50,260 bases of DNA from a virus (taxonomy: Duplodnaviria > Heunggongvirae > Uroviricota > Caudoviricetes). Location of the stretch: positions 1-50,260 of IMG/VR virus record IMGVR_UViG_2728369607_000007. The stretch is one strand, 5' to 3'. The stretch's first letter is position 1; every line of letters begins with the position of its first letter. Made by a program: the position numbers and the translations under genes. Below are positions 19,970-31,329 of this stretch, in pieces. The notes under the pieces are model-generated. The model was not told the origin of the DNA and made no database searches. It saw only the letters and a program-made list of their open reading frames with translations.

Positions 19970-20830
19970 AAAATAAAAAAAATCCCGCAGTGCTCTGTAG
20001 CTGCGGGAAGAGATACGAAGATTAACTTTAAGGAATTTTTCATTATTCTGGCAGATGAACTGTAACGCAGCGTGATTATGAGCACTACAGTCAGTGTGCG
20101 GAAATGTGAATAAACTCAGAATTTTTATTCACGGGAAGGGAGGGGCCGGATATCGGTGGCAGAGGACAGAAGGCATCATGCGGGTTCAGGGGATAAAAAA
20201 ATCCCGCAGTACTCCGTGCTGCGGGAAGAGAACGATGTTGACTAACCTGAAGGCGTTTTATTTTTATTGACCCGAAGAAACTGTAACCTGCCGGAATGCA
20301 CTCTGCCACGGAGAATGACGGAAAATGTGAAGAAAATCAGAGTTTTTATTTATCCCGTACATTCGTCTCTGGCGACAGAGTGGCGTCAGTAATGTCCGTG
20401 ATACTGAGGGGGGAATTAAAAAATCTCCCGTAATACACCTGGATATTGACGGGAGAAACGAATAGTCACCTTAAGGAGTAGTTTTGATTATTGCCTGTAA
20501 TCAGCGGGTGAATTGTAACGTATGGTGATTATGAGTGCCACAGGTAATTTGCAGAAATGTGAATAAATTCAGAATTTTTATTCACAGGAAGGGGCTGCGG
20601 GATATCGGTGGCAGAGGACAGAAAATATCAGGCCGGGTTTAAGGGATAAAAAAATCCCGCAGAGTCAGCGGAGCTGCGGGAGAGAACGATGAAGATTAAC
20701 GTTATGGAGTTATTTTTCAGGCATCAAAAAAGTAACGCAGCGTCATTATTGCGGCTACAGGCAATTTGCAGAAATGTGAAGAATTTCAGAAATTTTATTC
20801 CGTCATGACACAGGCACCCTCCGGGGTGCC
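19970..20830. repeat. Tandem array of four ~220-230 bp units between tail genes I and J; each unit carries an A-run plus GC hairpin (terminator on minus strand) and a GTGAATAAA-N10-TTTATTCAC palindrome
   Basis: Hairpins CCCGCAG…CTGCGGG at 19984, 20203, 20425 (variant), 20656; palindromes at 20106-20133 and 20559-20586 (degenerate in the other two units); conserved GGATATCGGTGGCAGAGGACAGAA in units 1 and 3. Confidence 0.8.
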
Positions 20831-20883
20831 TGTTGTTTTTGGGCATAAACAGATTCAGACATCAGACAGGAGAGGGGGACAGA

Positions 20884-23800
20884 GTGGGTAAAGGGGGCGG
20901 CAAGGGGCACACACCGCGTGAGGCGAAGGACAATCTCAAGTCAACGCAGATGATGAGCGTGATTGATGCCATCGGTGAGGGACCGGTGGAAGGTCCGGTG
21001 AAGGGACTGCAGAGTATTCTGGTGAACAAAACCCCGCTGACGGACACGGACGGTAATCCCGTGATACACGGTGTGACCGCCGTCTGGCGTGCCGGGGAGC
21101 AGGAGCAGACACCGCCGGAAGGCTTTGAGTCCTCCGGGGCAGAAACCGCACTGGGCGTGGAGGTGACGAAGGCAAAGCCGGTGACGCGCACCATCAAGTC
21201 AGCGAACATTGACCGTCTGCGGGTCACCTTCGGGGTGCAGTCACTGGTGGAGACCACCTCAAAGGGTGACCGTAATCCCTCTTCTGTCCGCCTGCTGATT
21301 CAGCTTGAGCGTAACGGTAACTGGGTGACGGAGAAGGATGTCACCATTAACGGCAAGACCACCTCGCAGTACCTGACGTCGGTGATTCTGAATAATCTCC
21401 CTGAGCGCCCCTTTAACATCCGGATGGTCAGGGTGACGGCGGACAGTACCACGGACCAGCTGCAGAACAGAACGCTGTGGTCGTCATACACCGAAATCAT
21501 CGATGTGAAACAGTGCTACCCGAACACGGCCATTGTGGGGCTGCAGGTGGATGCGGAGCAGTTCGGTGGCCAGCAGATGGTGGTGAACTACCATATCCGC
21601 GGCCGCATCATTCAGGTGCCGTCAAACTATGACCCGGAAAAACGCACCTACAGCGGTATCTGGGACGGGAGTCTGAAACCGGCATACAGCAATAACCCGG
21701 CCTGGTGCCTGTGGGACATGCTGACCCACCCGCGCTACGGCATGGGAAAACGCCTGGGGGCGGCGGATGTGGACAAGTGGGCGCTGTATGCCATCGGGCA
21801 GTACTGCGACCAGACGGTCCCGGATGGTTTCGGGGGCACAGAGCCGCGGATGACTTTCAATGCGTACCTGTCACAGCAGCGTAAGGTGTGGGATGTCCTG
21901 GGGGATTTTTGCTCGGCGATGCGCTGTATGCCGGTATGGAACGGCCAGACGCTGACGTTCGTTCAGGACCGTCCGTCGGATGTGGTGTGGCCGTACACCA
22001 ACAGCGATGTGGTGGTGGATGATAACGGCGTGGGGTTCCGCTACAGCTTCAGTGCCCTGAAGGACCGGCACACGGCGGTGGAGGTGAATTACACTGACCC
22101 GCAGAACGGCTGGCAGACCTCCACTGAACTGGTGGAAGACCCGGACGCCATCCTGCGCTACGGGCGCAACCTGCTGAAGATGGATGCGTTCGGCTGTACC
22201 AGCCGCGGTCAGGCCCACCGTGCCGGACTGTGGGTGATAAAGACCGAACTGCTGGAAACGCAGACGGTGGATTTCACGCTCGGGTCACAGGGGCTGCGGC
22301 ACACGCCCGGTGACATCATTGAAATCTGTGATAACGACTATGCCGGGACCCTGACCGGCGGACGCATCCTGTCCATCGATGCCGCCAGCCGCACACTGAC
22401 GCTGGACCGAGAGGTGACACTGCCGGAAGCAGGGGCATCGACGGTGAACCTGATTAACGGCAGCGGTAAGCCGGTGCGCGTGGACATCACTGCACACCCC
22501 GCCCCGGACCGGATACAGGTCAGCGTCCTGCCTGATGGCGTGGAGACATACGGTGTGTGGGGACTCTCCCTGCCGTCACTGCGTCGTCGCCTGTTCCGCT
22601 GTGTTTCCATCCGGGAAAACACGGACGGCACCTTTGCCATCACGGCGGTGCAGCATGTGCCGGAAAAAGAAGCCATTGTGGATAACGGGGCCCGCTTTGA
22701 GCCGATGTCCGGCTCACTGAACAGCGTCATCCCGCCGGCAGTGCAGCACCTCACGGTGGAGGTGAGTGCCTCAGACGGCCAGTATCTGGCGCTGGCGAAA
22801 TGGGACACGCCGCGGGTGGTGAAGGGGGTGCGCTTCAGTCTGCGCCTGACCAGCGGAAACGGTGAAAACAGCCGCCTGGTGACCAGCGCCATCACGGCGG
22901 ACACGGAGCACCGTTTCAGTGGCCTGCCGCTCGGGGAATACACCCTGACGGTCAGGGCGATAAACAGCTACGGCCAGCAGGGCGAACCTGCCACCACCAC
23001 ATTCCGGATTAATGCACCGGCGGCACCGGCCAGCATTGAACTGACGCCGGGCTATTTTCAGATAACGGTGGTCCCGCATCCTGCGGTGTATGACCCGACG
23101 GTACAGTATGAATTCTGGTTCTCAGAAAAACGCATCACGGACACGGCACAGGTGGAAACCTCTGCCCGTTATCTGGGGACCGGCAGCCAGTGGAGCGTCT
23201 CCGGCCCGCACATTAAGCCGGGGAAGGATTTCTGGTTTTATGTGCGCAGCGTCAACCTGGTGGGGAAATCTGCGTTTGTGGAGGCCAGCGGGCAGGCCAG
23301 CAATGATGGTGAAGGGTATCTGGAAATTTTCCGTGGGCTGATAGATGAGGCGCTGCTGGGGAAGGCACTGAAAGAGCGTATTGATGCGTCAGCCCTGCGT
23401 ACTGAGGTCACGCAACTGGAAGAAGACATCCGCCAGCGACTGGAGACGGATGTTGCGGAAGTGACCCGAAAAATCGGGGAGGCGGAAAACAGCCTCACGC
23501 AGCTGGTTGCGAAAAAGAATGAGGACCAGACGCTGGCCATCGCGCAGGTGAGTCAGCAGGTGGACCGGGTGAGCAGTGAAATCACACAGACAGTCAGCCA
23601 GAGCACGGAGGAAAACGCCAGGCAGATAGCGCAGGTCCGCCAGTACGTGGATGACAAAGGGAGTGAAATCACCTCGACCACGGATAAAAAGCTGGAAGAC
23701 CAGAGCGCGACCATACAGCAGATACAGCAGGTCCAGTCAGACACGAATGATGAGCTGGCAGCGCTGTACATGCTGAAGGTGCAGAAAACGAAAAACGGCA

Positions 23801-24570
23801 TTCCGTATGTTGCCGGTATTGGTGCGGGGATTGAGGATGCTGATGGCCAGACGCTGAGCAATATTCTGCTGCAGGCGGACCGTATCGCGATGATTACCCC
23901 GGAGAACGGCAACACCACGCCGCTGTTTGTGGCACAGGGGAATCAGCTGTTCATGAACGACGTGTTCCTGAAGCGACTGTTTGCGGTGAGTATCACGTCA
24001 TCCGGCAATCCCCCGACGTTCTCCCTGACGCCGGAGGGCAGGCTGACGGCCCGCAATGCGGACATCAGCGGACATATCAGTGCGAACTCGGGCACGCTGA
24101 ATAATGTCGTGATAGCGGAGAACTGCACGATAAATGGCACGCTGAAAGCGGAGAACATTATTGGTGATCTGGTGAAATGTGCCGGGGTGGCTTTTCCGGT
24201 GGATGGTAGTCACCTTGCGAACGGTACACGAACGCTGACGGTGTATGACGATCACAGCTTTGACCGGCAGATTATAATCCCGCCGATAATCTATGTCGGG
24301 TCAAAACAGGAATCCCGCACCAGTAATGACATCTGGACAGAGTGCTTCCTGCATGTTGATCAGAACGGACGCCGGATTTATTCAGGCAGGTCAGTGGAAG
24401 AGCCGGGAGTTTTCAGCGGGATCATCGATATGCCAGCTGGCGGTGGTCATATCACCCTGACTTTTACCGTGAGCTCACGGCGTCAGAATAACAGTTGGGG
24501 CAGTTCACGAATCAGTAACCTTCAGGCGATAGTGGTGAAGAAAAACAGCGCGGGGATCAGTATCCGCTGA
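20884..24570 (+). CDS. J: Tail tip/host-specificity protein J
   Basis: Very strong similarity to lambda gpJ from N-terminus ([19 protein letters not shown]) to C-terminus; GTG 20884 matches lambda J N-terminus (ORF-track start 20833 is TTG). Confidence 0.9.
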   Translation: MGKGGGKGHTPREAKDNLKSTQMMSVIDAIGEGPVEGPVKGLQSILVNKTPLTDTDGNPVIHGVTAVWRAGEQEQTPPEGFESSGAETALGVEVTKAKPVTRTIKSANIDRLRVTFGVQSLVETTSKGDRNPSSVRLLIQLERNGNWVTEKDVTINGKTTSQYLTSVILNNLPERPFNIRMVRVTADSTTDQLQNRTLWSSYTEIIDVKQCYPNTAIVGLQVDAEQFGGQQMVVNYHIRGRIIQVPSNYDPEKRTYSGIWDGSLKPAYSNNPAWCLWDMLTHPRYGMGKRLGAADVDKWALYAIGQYCDQTVPDGFGGTEPRMTFNAYLSQQRKVWDVLGDFCSAMRCMPVWNGQTLTFVQDRPSDVVWPYTNSDVVVDDNGVGFRYSFSALKDRHTAVEVNYTDPQNGWQTSTELVEDPDAILRYGRNLLKMDAFGCTSRGQAHRAGLWVIKTELLETQTVDFTLGSQGLRHTPGDIIEICDNDYAGTLTGGRILSIDAASRTLTLDREVTLPEAGASTVNLINGSGKPVRVDITAHPAPDRIQVSVLPDGVETYGVWGLSLPSLRRRLFRCVSIRENTDGTFAITAVQHVPEKEAIVDNGARFEPMSGSLNSVIPPAVQHLTVEVSASDGQYLALAKWDTPRVVKGVRFSLRLTSGNGENSRLVTSAITADTEHRFSGLPLGEYTLTVRAINSYGQQGEPATTTFRINAPAAPASIELTPGYFQITVVPHPAVYDPTVQYEFWFSEKRITDTAQVETSARYLGTGSQWSVSGPHIKPGKDFWFYVRSVNLVGKSAFVEASGQASNDGEGYLEIFRGLIDEALLGKALKERIDASALRTEVTQLEEDIRQRLETDVAEVTRKIGEAENSLTQLVAKKNEDQTLAIAQVSQQVDRVSSEITQTVSQSTEENARQIAQVRQYVDDKGSEITSTTDKKLEDQSATIQQIQQVQSDTNDELAALYMLKVQKTKNGIPYVAGIGAGIEDADGQTLSNILLQADRIAMITPENGNTTPLFVAQGNQLFMNDVFLKRLFAVSITSSGNPPTFSLTPEGRLTARNADISGHISANSGTLNNVVIAENCTINGTLKAENIIGDLVKCAGVAFPVDGSHLANGTRTLTVYDDHSFDRQIIIPPIIYVGSKQESRTSNDIWTECFLHVDQNGRRIYSGRSVEEPGVFSGIIDMPAGGGHITLTFTVSSRRQNNSWGSSRISNLQAIVVKKNSAGISIR

Positions 24571-24768
24571 ACATCGCGCCCCGGGATTGCCGGAAGGAGA
24601 CAAAAACCGTACAGTATGCGCGGGTGCCTTTGGCTGATGGCCGGAGGGAACACCTGAAGGCCGGATGTGAAAAGGCCCCGGACAAAACATTCATGTTTAA
24701 CCCGAGGCCTGACCATTCATCCTAAGCAAGTGAAAGGTTAGCGCCTCTCCGTAAAAGGAGCAAGCGTT

Positions 24769-24909
24769 ATGTCGCAAAAACCGTTAAAAACCACCGTGAT
24801 TTGTATCACGGTAGTGCTCATTATCTGGATCACCCACAGTTCACTGTGCGAGTTCCGGTTCCGGATAGCGGGCGCGGAGATTGCGGCGTTCTTACAGTGT
24901 AAGCGGTAA
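24769..24909 (+). CDS. Hok/Gef-family type I toxin (46 aa)
   Basis: MSQKPLKTTVICITVVLIIWITHSSLCEFRFRIAGAEIAAFLQCKR fits Hok-family pattern (TM helix, SLCE.R.R, E.AAF); RBS AAAAGGAG; ~200-nt structured leader; below ORF-track cutoff. Confidence 0.6.
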   Translation: MSQKPLKTTVICITVVLIIWITHSSLCEFRFRIAGAEIAAFLQCKR

Positions 24910-25006
24910 GAAACCGTGGCGGGGGAGTGTACCTTCCCCGCCGACCGGTTGCTGAGGGTGATCAGCCGGATGGCACCTTTTTAACATCAATAAATCACAA
25001 ATTTTA

Positions 25007-25040
25007 CCGCAGGCCGGGAAACCGGTCCTGCGGTTTTTTT
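25007..25040 (+). terminator. Rho-independent terminator downstream of hok-like gene
   Basis: CCGCAGG-N13-CCTGCGG followed by TTTTTTT. Confidence 0.7.
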
Positions 25041-25053
25041 ATGGAGGAAATCC

Positions 25054-26322
25054 ATGGCAGTCAGAATATCGGGTGTGCTGAAGGACGGGGCCGGTAAGCC
25101 GGTACCGGGATGCACGATAGAGCTGAAAGCGCGACGCACAACGGAGACGGTGATTGTCACCACGGTGGCGTATGGTCAGCCGGGGGAAACCGGCAGTTAC
25201 AGTATGGATGTTGAGCCGGGTCTGTACCGGGTGACGCTGAACACGGAAGGGTACGCGCCGTCATATGTGGGTGACATTCTGGTGAAGGCGGAGTCTGCAC
25301 CGGGAACGCTGAATAAATTTCTGATGGACCAGGAGGACGCACAGTATTACCCGAAAGCCCTTGCAGAGCTGGAAGCGGTGGCCGCGGAAATCCTGAAACG
25401 TGCGGAAGCGTCAGCGGCGAGTGCAGAGGAAGCGAAGAAACGGGCAGAGAATGCGCGGGGACCGAAGGGGGATAAGGGAGACACCGGGCCACAGGGTATT
25501 CCCGGGCCAAAAGGCGATACCGGCGAGCGTGGGCCAAAGGGTGAGCGTGGTGAGGCAGGCCCACAGGGGGTACAGGGGCCACGGGGTGAAACCGGACCCG
25601 TGGGACCGCAAGGAGAGGCGGGTATTCAGGGGCCTGCTGGTCCTGCGGGCCCGCGAGGTGAAACCGGAGCCAGAGGCGAAAAAGGAGAGCCGGGAGATCC
25701 CGGAGGACCTCCGGGACCAAAAGGTGACACTGGCCCCAGAGGGGAGCCGGGGCCTCAGGGCCCGGCAGGTCCGAGGGGACCCGCCGGAGAGAGAGGGCCG
25801 CAAGGATTGCAGGGTGTGGCAGGGGAGAGAGGCGATACAGGTCCGGCTGGTCCACAGGGTATACCTGGACCTCCGGGGCCAACAGGTAGCGTCGGTCCTA
25901 AGGGGGAAAAAGGCGAGCCTGGTGATCGAGGTCCACAGGGTGCTACCGGCCCCAGAGGACCACAAGGGGAAAAAGGGGATAAAGGTGACCCCGGCCCGGC
26001 AGGCCCTGCCGGTGAGCGGGGGCCGAAAGGTGATACCGGGCCGACGGGCCCCGCAGGGAAGGATGGCGCAGATTCACAGGCGAACAGAGTGCGTATCAGC
26101 GAGAAAACAGAAGTCACCTCCAGTACAGTCGTTTTCCCCTCTTTTTATGGCGGTGCGCAGGGGGAAAATGCAGCCCCTGATGGCGCTGTGATTCTGAATA
26201 TCAGGACGGCTCCGGTATCACTGACGAACGGCAATTTAGGGGCAGCCTGTGTCACCGCTGTCACTTACGGCTTCCTTCAGGTTCATGATGGCAGCCAGTG
26301 GGTTACGGTGGAACATGAATAA
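25054..26322 (+). CDS. Side tail fibre protein with collagen-like Gly-X-Y repeat region
   Basis: ~200 aa of uninterrupted G-X-Y triplets ([16 protein letters not shown]…), conserved tail-fibre N-terminal domain; follows J. Confidence 0.8.
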   Translation: MAVRISGVLKDGAGKPVPGCTIELKARRTTETVIVTTVAYGQPGETGSYSMDVEPGLYRVTLNTEGYAPSYVGDILVKAESAPGTLNKFLMDQEDAQYYPKALAELEAVAAEILKRAEASAASAEEAKKRAENARGPKGDKGDTGPQGIPGPKGDTGERGPKGERGEAGPQGVQGPRGETGPVGPQGEAGIQGPAGPAGPRGETGARGEKGEPGDPGGPPGPKGDTGPRGEPGPQGPAGPRGPAGERGPQGLQGVAGERGDTGPAGPQGIPGPPGPTGSVGPKGEKGEPGDRGPQGATGPRGPQGEKGDKGDPGPAGPAGERGPKGDTGPTGPAGKDGADSQANRVRISEKTEVTSSTVVFPSFYGGAQGENAAPDGAVILNIRTAPVSLTNGNLGAACVTAVTYGFLQVHDGSQWVTVEHE

Positions 26323-26390
26323 CATGATTTTTCCGGGTGCGGAAAGCTTAAACGGGTACCCTGTCCTGAATATTCGTATGAGGAGAAGAA

Positions 26391-27062
26391 ATGAATCTTA
26401 AAAATCTGCAACGTTATACTCCTGAGAAGTCGGATGTTCCGGGGGCAATGTACCTGAAGGCAGAGGATGGCCGTGACTGGTATGAAAGCCAGTCGTCATT
26501 TAAGGCGGATACGCTGAAGCTGGTTTATGACAGCGAAGGCATAATCACGAGTATCAGTAAGGATGTGTCGATGCTGTGGCCAGTGGGACAGAGTGTGGTG
26601 GAGGTTGAGGATACAGAAGAAAACCGCAAAGCTGATATCTCCGGGCGCTGGAAGTTTGACGGGGAAAAAGTCGTTGATACTCTGACCGCGGAGAAAGCGC
26701 GCGGGATGAAGGGCGATGAAATAAACGCGTGGCGTAATGCGATGGAGGCGGCGAACTACACGTTTGAGCACAATGGCCGGAAATGGGACTACGGAAAGTC
26801 AACGCAGACGCGCCTTGAGCCATCGGTGGCGGCAGCGAAAGCGGGGAAACTGCCGGAGGCGTTTTTCTGGACGGATGCGGAAAACAATGATGTGCCGGTG
26901 ACAGCAGAAGAGCTTCTTGCGCTGAGTGAAGCGGCAGAGCAGGCGATGTTCACTAAAGGGATGGAAATCCACATTCGCCAGCGCACCATGAAGAAGGACC
27001 TGGAATCGCTGAGCAGTGCGGATGAGATCCTGGCATACAGGGTTGGCTGGGCACAGGAATAA
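26391..27062 (+). CDS. Tail fibre assembly protein (Tfa chaperone)
   Basis: Position after tail fibre; motifs typical of Mu/P2-type Tfa (WYE.Q..F..DTLK.VYD..G.I…DVS…ADISG.W.F). Confidence 0.6.
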   Translation: MNLKNLQRYTPEKSDVPGAMYLKAEDGRDWYESQSSFKADTLKLVYDSEGIITSISKDVSMLWPVGQSVVEVEDTEENRKADISGRWKFDGEKVVDTLTAEKARGMKGDEINAWRNAMEAANYTFEHNGRKWDYGKSTQTRLEPSVAAAKAGKLPEAFFWTDAENNDVPVTAEELLALSEAAEQAMFTKGMEIHIRQRTMKKDLESLSSADEILAYRVGWAQE

Positions 27063-27226
27063 CAGACAAAAAGATGGGGGACCATCACTTCCCCCATGAA
27101 CTGCGTTGATTATGTCATTATTGTGAAGAGACCTTACCTACACAGATAAAGAATGCCACGGAAAAGTTAATTCCGGAAGTGACGGAAATCTCATTTTTCG
27201 TGCATCCTGTTGATATGGATGATTTT

Positions 27227-27556
27227 TCAGATTTCCGGAAGTCCGTATTTTGCCCGGGCGCGGTTGCATGCTTCATTCGCGATGCCATTTTCTCCGGACA
27301 TTGCGAATTCCCGGCATGTGGACGGACGGTTTTTGTAAACAGAGCAATATGCGTTTTCACCCGGAGTTCCCGCCAGAGCGACACATCGGGGATTTTTCTG
27401 ACTTGTGCCGCGCATACAGCGATGAAAGGGGGATATTTGCTCAGTGAGACTGACCGGAACCTTTCCGCCAGCATCGTCAGCTTCTGCCCAGTAAAAAGAG
27501 ACGCGGAAAAATGCACAACAGGCACCACACGTCATGCATGGATTCGGATTGTTCAT
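27227..27556 (-). CDS. YkgJ-family Cys-cluster (zinc/iron-chelating, UPF0153) protein
   Basis: [11 protein letters not shown] motif plus additional conserved Cys; no obvious SD; located at prophage right end. Confidence 0.5.
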   Translation of the reverse strand: MNNPNPCMTCGACCAFFRVSFYWAEADDAGGKVPVSLTEQISPFHRCMRGTSQKNPRCVALAGTPGENAYCSVYKNRPSTCREFAMSGENGIANEACNRARAKYGLPEI

Positions 27557-27654
27557 TTTTATACTATTTGTTGTTTTTTCAGCGATCAGATCAAAGGGCG
27601 CTGAAAAAAAACATTCTCCAAAATTAGATTATAACTATTTGATTTTATGGATAG

Positions 27655-27690
27655 AGGCATGCTTTTTACGCAAAAGTAAAAAGCATGCCA
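27655..27690. terminator. Perfect 14-bp-stem hairpin GGCATGCTTTTTAC-N6-GTAAAAAGCATGCC near prophage/chromosome junction
   Basis: Seen directly; lies just downstream of potB stop on the minus strand. Confidence 0.4.
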
Positions 27691-27721
27691 AATTTGCTAT
27701 TAACTCTTTGAATATTCAGCA

Positions 27722-28585
27722 CTAATCATCTATTTCGGTTGCCTTCTTATTCAGCAGACGAGAAGCGCGCCAGTAAACCAGCAACATCAGGCCCATTACG
27801 ATAGTCAGCGTAATGCTGGTGGCTGCACCAAACGGCCAGTCACGAATATTGAGGAACTGTACCTTGATGACGTTACCGATCAGCAGGTTTTTCGCACCGC
27901 CCATCAGGTCGGACACATAGAACAGGCCCATCGCTGGCAGCATCACCAGCAGACATCCGGCAATAATTCCCGGCATCGTCAGTGGAATAATGATACGGAT
28001 AAAAGTCTGTAACTTGCTGGCACCGAGATCGCGCGCTGCCTCAAGCAACGGCTTATCCAGTTTTTCGATACTGGAATACAGCGGCATCACCATAAACGGC
28101 AGCAGAATGTAAACCAGACCGATAATCACCGCACTGGGCGTGAACATGATGCGAATTGGTGTATCTATAACGCCCAGCCAGAGCAAAAACTCGTTGAGAT
28201 AGCCTTTGGTGCTGAGGAAAATTTTCAGCCCGTAGATACGAATCAATGAGTTGGTCCAGAAGGGAACAATCAGCAGAAACAGCAGCAGCGGACGCACCTT
28301 GTGTGGCAGCTTCGCCAGAAACCAGGCAAACGGGTAGCCCAGCACCAGGCAGGCGAGGGTGGCGATCAGCGCCATATTCAGCGAGTGCAATAGCACTTCA
28401 AAATAGAGCGGATCGAGCAGACGCGTATAGTTATCCAGCGTAAAGACCATTTTGACGAAACTGGCGTCGTCGCGGGTCAAAAAGCTGGTGCCAATGATCA
28501 TCAGGTTGGGCAGAAAGACAAACAACACAAGCCAACCGACAATAGTGACAATCACTACATTCTGGAACTTACTTGTGTTCTTCAT
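27722..28585 (-). CDS. potB: Spermidine/putrescine ABC transporter permease PotB
   Basis: Near-identity to E. coli PotB over ~280 aa; no potC downstream, so operon is interrupted by the prophage. Confidence 0.9.
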
Positions 28586-29705
28586 CAGCCAGTACGACCT
28601 CCCAGCTTTCTACCCAATTAATGGCCATTTTTTGGTCGAGAGAGTGGTCAAAGTCAGGATCGTCTTCATTGAAGAATTCGCTGACCATCACCATCTTGCC
28701 ATTTTCCAGTTCAACAACCGACTCCAGCGTCATGCCTTTGTAGTTACGCTCGCGAACGTAACCAATTAGCCCTTCAGCGTGGTTGTCGTCGTTAATCTCT
28801 TCAACACGTAAGTCTTCCGGGCGCAGCAGAACATGCAGTTTTTGCCCCGGTTCAACGGCGAAGTTAACGTAGATATTACATTCGCGGCCTTCAACGTTGG
28901 CGCGTACGCGCTGCTCGTCGAGACGTTCGATGACCGTTGCGTTAAACATATTGATTTCGCCAATGAACCCGGCAACAAACAGGTTTTTCGGCTCTTCGTA
29001 GATTTCACGCGGCGTGCCGTCTTGCTCGATGCGACCATCGCGCATCACCACAATCCTGTCTGACATGGTGAGTGCTTCTTCCTGGTCGTGAGTCACGAAG
29101 ACGAATGTAATGCCAAGCTTACGCTGTAACGCTTTCAGCTCGTTCTGCATTTGCTTACGCAGTTTGTAATCCAGCGCTGAGAGCGACTCATCCAGCAACA
29201 AAAGACGAGGCTTGTTAACCACCGCACGGGCAATGGCGACGCGTTGCTGTTGACCACCAGAGAGCTGATGCGGTTTACGTTGAGCGAAGGTTTCCAGCTG
29301 CACCATCCGCAGGGCTTCCATAACGCGGGGCGTAATTTCAGCAGCGGGGGTTTTTTGCATGCGCAACCCAAAGGCCACATTTTCGAACACGGTCATGTGG
29401 GGGAAAAGTGCGTAGCTTTGGAAAACAGTGTTCACATAGCGGTTTTCCGCCGGAACGTGGGTGATGTCCTCGTTATCCAGCATGATGCGTCCGGAATCAA
29501 CAGTTTCCAGACCTGCAATCAGGCGAAGAACGGTTGTTTTACCGCAGCCAGAAGGGCCAAGCAGCGTGAGGAACTCGCCATTGTTGATAGTCAGATCCAG
29601 CTGGGGAATGACCTCTTTACCATCAAAGCATTTGCGAATTCCCGCCAATTGCACCAGCGGTGAAAGCGAACTCGGTTGTTTATTCAATTTTTTACTCTGT
29701 CCCAT
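28569..29705 (-). CDS. potA: Spermidine/putrescine ABC transporter ATPase PotA
   Basis: Walker [13 protein letters not shown] signature LSGGQQQR; matches E. coli PotA. Confidence 0.95.
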
Positions 29706-29954
29706 GTAAACGCAACGGATGGCTTACCGATGCGGGGTTTGTGGTTAACCACCTTGGTGACTCTTAATGAGGGCGGTAATTCTACGGCAAACCGCTTGAA
29801 TCGCCAATCTTTGTTGTGAATTACTGGCTTAGCTTTATATTCATTAAGGTAATGCTGATAAATATTCCCGCTTGCAGGGGTAAAAGTGACCTGACGCAAT
29901 ATTTGTCTTTTCTTGCTTCTTAATAATGTTGTCACAAAAAGTGAGGGTGACTAC

Positions 29955-31184
29955 ATGGATAAACTACTTGAGCGATTTTTGAACTACGTGTCTCTGGATA
30001 CCCAATCAAAAGCAGGGGTGAGACAGGTTCCCAGCACGGAAGGCCAATGGAAGTTATTGCATCTACTGAAAGAGCAGCTCGAAGAGATGGGGCTTATCAA
30101 TGTGACCTTAAGTGAGAAGGGCACTTTGATGGCGACGTTACCGGCTAACGTCCCTGGCAATATCCCGGCGATTGGCTTTATTTCTCATGTGGATACCTCA
30201 CCGGATTGCAGCGGCAAAAATGTGAATCCGCAAATTGTTGAAAACTATCGCGGTGGCGATATTGCGCTGGGTATCGGCGATGAAGTTTTATCACCGGTTA
30301 TGTTCCCGGTGCTGCATCAGCTACTGGGTCAGACGCTGATTACTACCGATGGTAAAACCTTGTTAGGTGCCGATGACAAAGCAGGTATTGCAGAAATCAT
30401 GACCGCGCTGGCGGTATTGCAACAGAAAAACATTCCGCATGGTGATATTCGCGTCGCCTTTACCCCGGATGAAGAAGTGGGCAAAGGGGCGAAACATTTT
30501 GATGTTGACGCCTTCGATGCCCGCTGGGCTTACACTGTTGATGGTGGTGGCGTAGGCGAACTGGAGTTTGAAAACTTCAACGCCGCGTCGGTCAATATCA
30601 AAATTGTCGGTAACAATGTTCACCCGGGCACGGCGAAAGGAGTGATGGTAAATGCGCTGTCGCTGGCGGCACGTATTCATGCGGAAGTTCCGGCGGATGA
30701 AAGCCCGGAAATGACAGAAGGCTATGAAGGTTTCTATCACCTGGCGAGCATGAAAGGCACCGTTGAACGGGCCGATATGCATTACATCATCCGTGATTTC
30801 GACCGTAAACAGTTTGAAGCGCGTAAACGTAAAATGATGGAGATCGCCAAAAAAGTGGGCAAAGGGTTACATCCTGATTGCTACATTGAATTGGTGATTG
30901 AAGACAGTTACTACAATATGCGCGAGAAAGTGGTTGAGCATCCGCATATTCTCGATATCGCCCAGCAGGCGATGCGTGACTGCGATATTGAACCGGAACT
31001 GAAACCGATCCGCGGCGGTACCGACGGCGCGCAGTTGTCGTTTATGGGATTACCTTGCCCGAACCTGTTCACTGGCGGTTACAACTATCATGGTAAGCAT
31101 GAGTTTGTGACTCTGGAAGGTATGGAAAAAGCGGTGCAGGTGATCGTCCGTATTGCCGAGTTAACGGCGCAACGGAAGTCGTGA
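29955..31184 (+). CDS. pepT: Peptidase T (tripeptide aminopeptidase)
   Basis: Matches E. coli PepT from [10 protein letters not shown]20 peptidase motifs. Confidence 0.95.
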   Translation: MDKLLERFLNYVSLDTQSKAGVRQVPSTEGQWKLLHLLKEQLEEMGLINVTLSEKGTLMATLPANVPGNIPAIGFISHVDTSPDCSGKNVNPQIVENYRGGDIALGIGDEVLSPVMFPVLHQLLGQTLITTDGKTLLGADDKAGIAEIMTALAVLQQKNIPHGDIRVAFTPDEEVGKGAKHFDVDAFDARWAYTVDGGGVGELEFENFNAASVNIKIVGNNVHPGTAKGVMVNALSLAARIHAEVPADESPEMTEGYEGFYHLASMKGTVERADMHYIIRDFDRKQFEARKRKMMEIAKKVGKGLHPDCYIELVIEDSYYNMREKVVEHPHILDIAQQAMRDCDIEPELKPIRGGTDGAQLSFMGLPCPNLFTGGYNYHGKHEFVTLEGMEKAVQVIVRIAELTAQRKS

Positions 31185-31329
31185 TTGCCCGATGCGTATG
31201 TGGACTGCCAATTACCGGGATGAAACCGTTATATTGACACTGGTCCACATACTTATCGTGCCTACAGGCGTTCAGTGCATGTAGGCACGATAAGGCGCAA
31301 TCAGCACCACATCCGGCTTAAATCCAAAC

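Larger units (their letters stand above)
1..27720 (+). mobile_element. Lambdoid prophage, right arm (late/lysis region to right attachment end); left end including integrase lies outside the window
   Basis: Colinear lambda-like gene order S-R-Rz, terminase, portal, head, Z-U-V-G-T-H-M-L-K-I-J, stf, tfa; abuts chromosomal potB at ~27.72 kb. Confidence 0.85.

Noticed and set aside
19970-20830. Possibility that the I-J tandem array is a CRISPR array
   Set aside because: Units are ~220 bp without the short repeat/unique-spacer alternation of CRISPR; no cas genes nearby.
25157-26191. Long ORFs in alternative frames and on the opposite strand within the collagen-like tail fibre gene (25157..25882 -, 25400..26191 +, 25411..25965 -, 25755..26117 -)
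   Set aside because: Artefacts of the GC-rich periodic Gly-X-Y coding repeat; translations are Pro/Arg/Gly low-complexity and lie wholly inside a well-supported gene.
27534-27725. ORF 27534..27725 + (63 aa) at the prophage/potB junction
   Set aside because: AT-rich, Lys-rich translation over the junction hairpin; likely non-coding att region.
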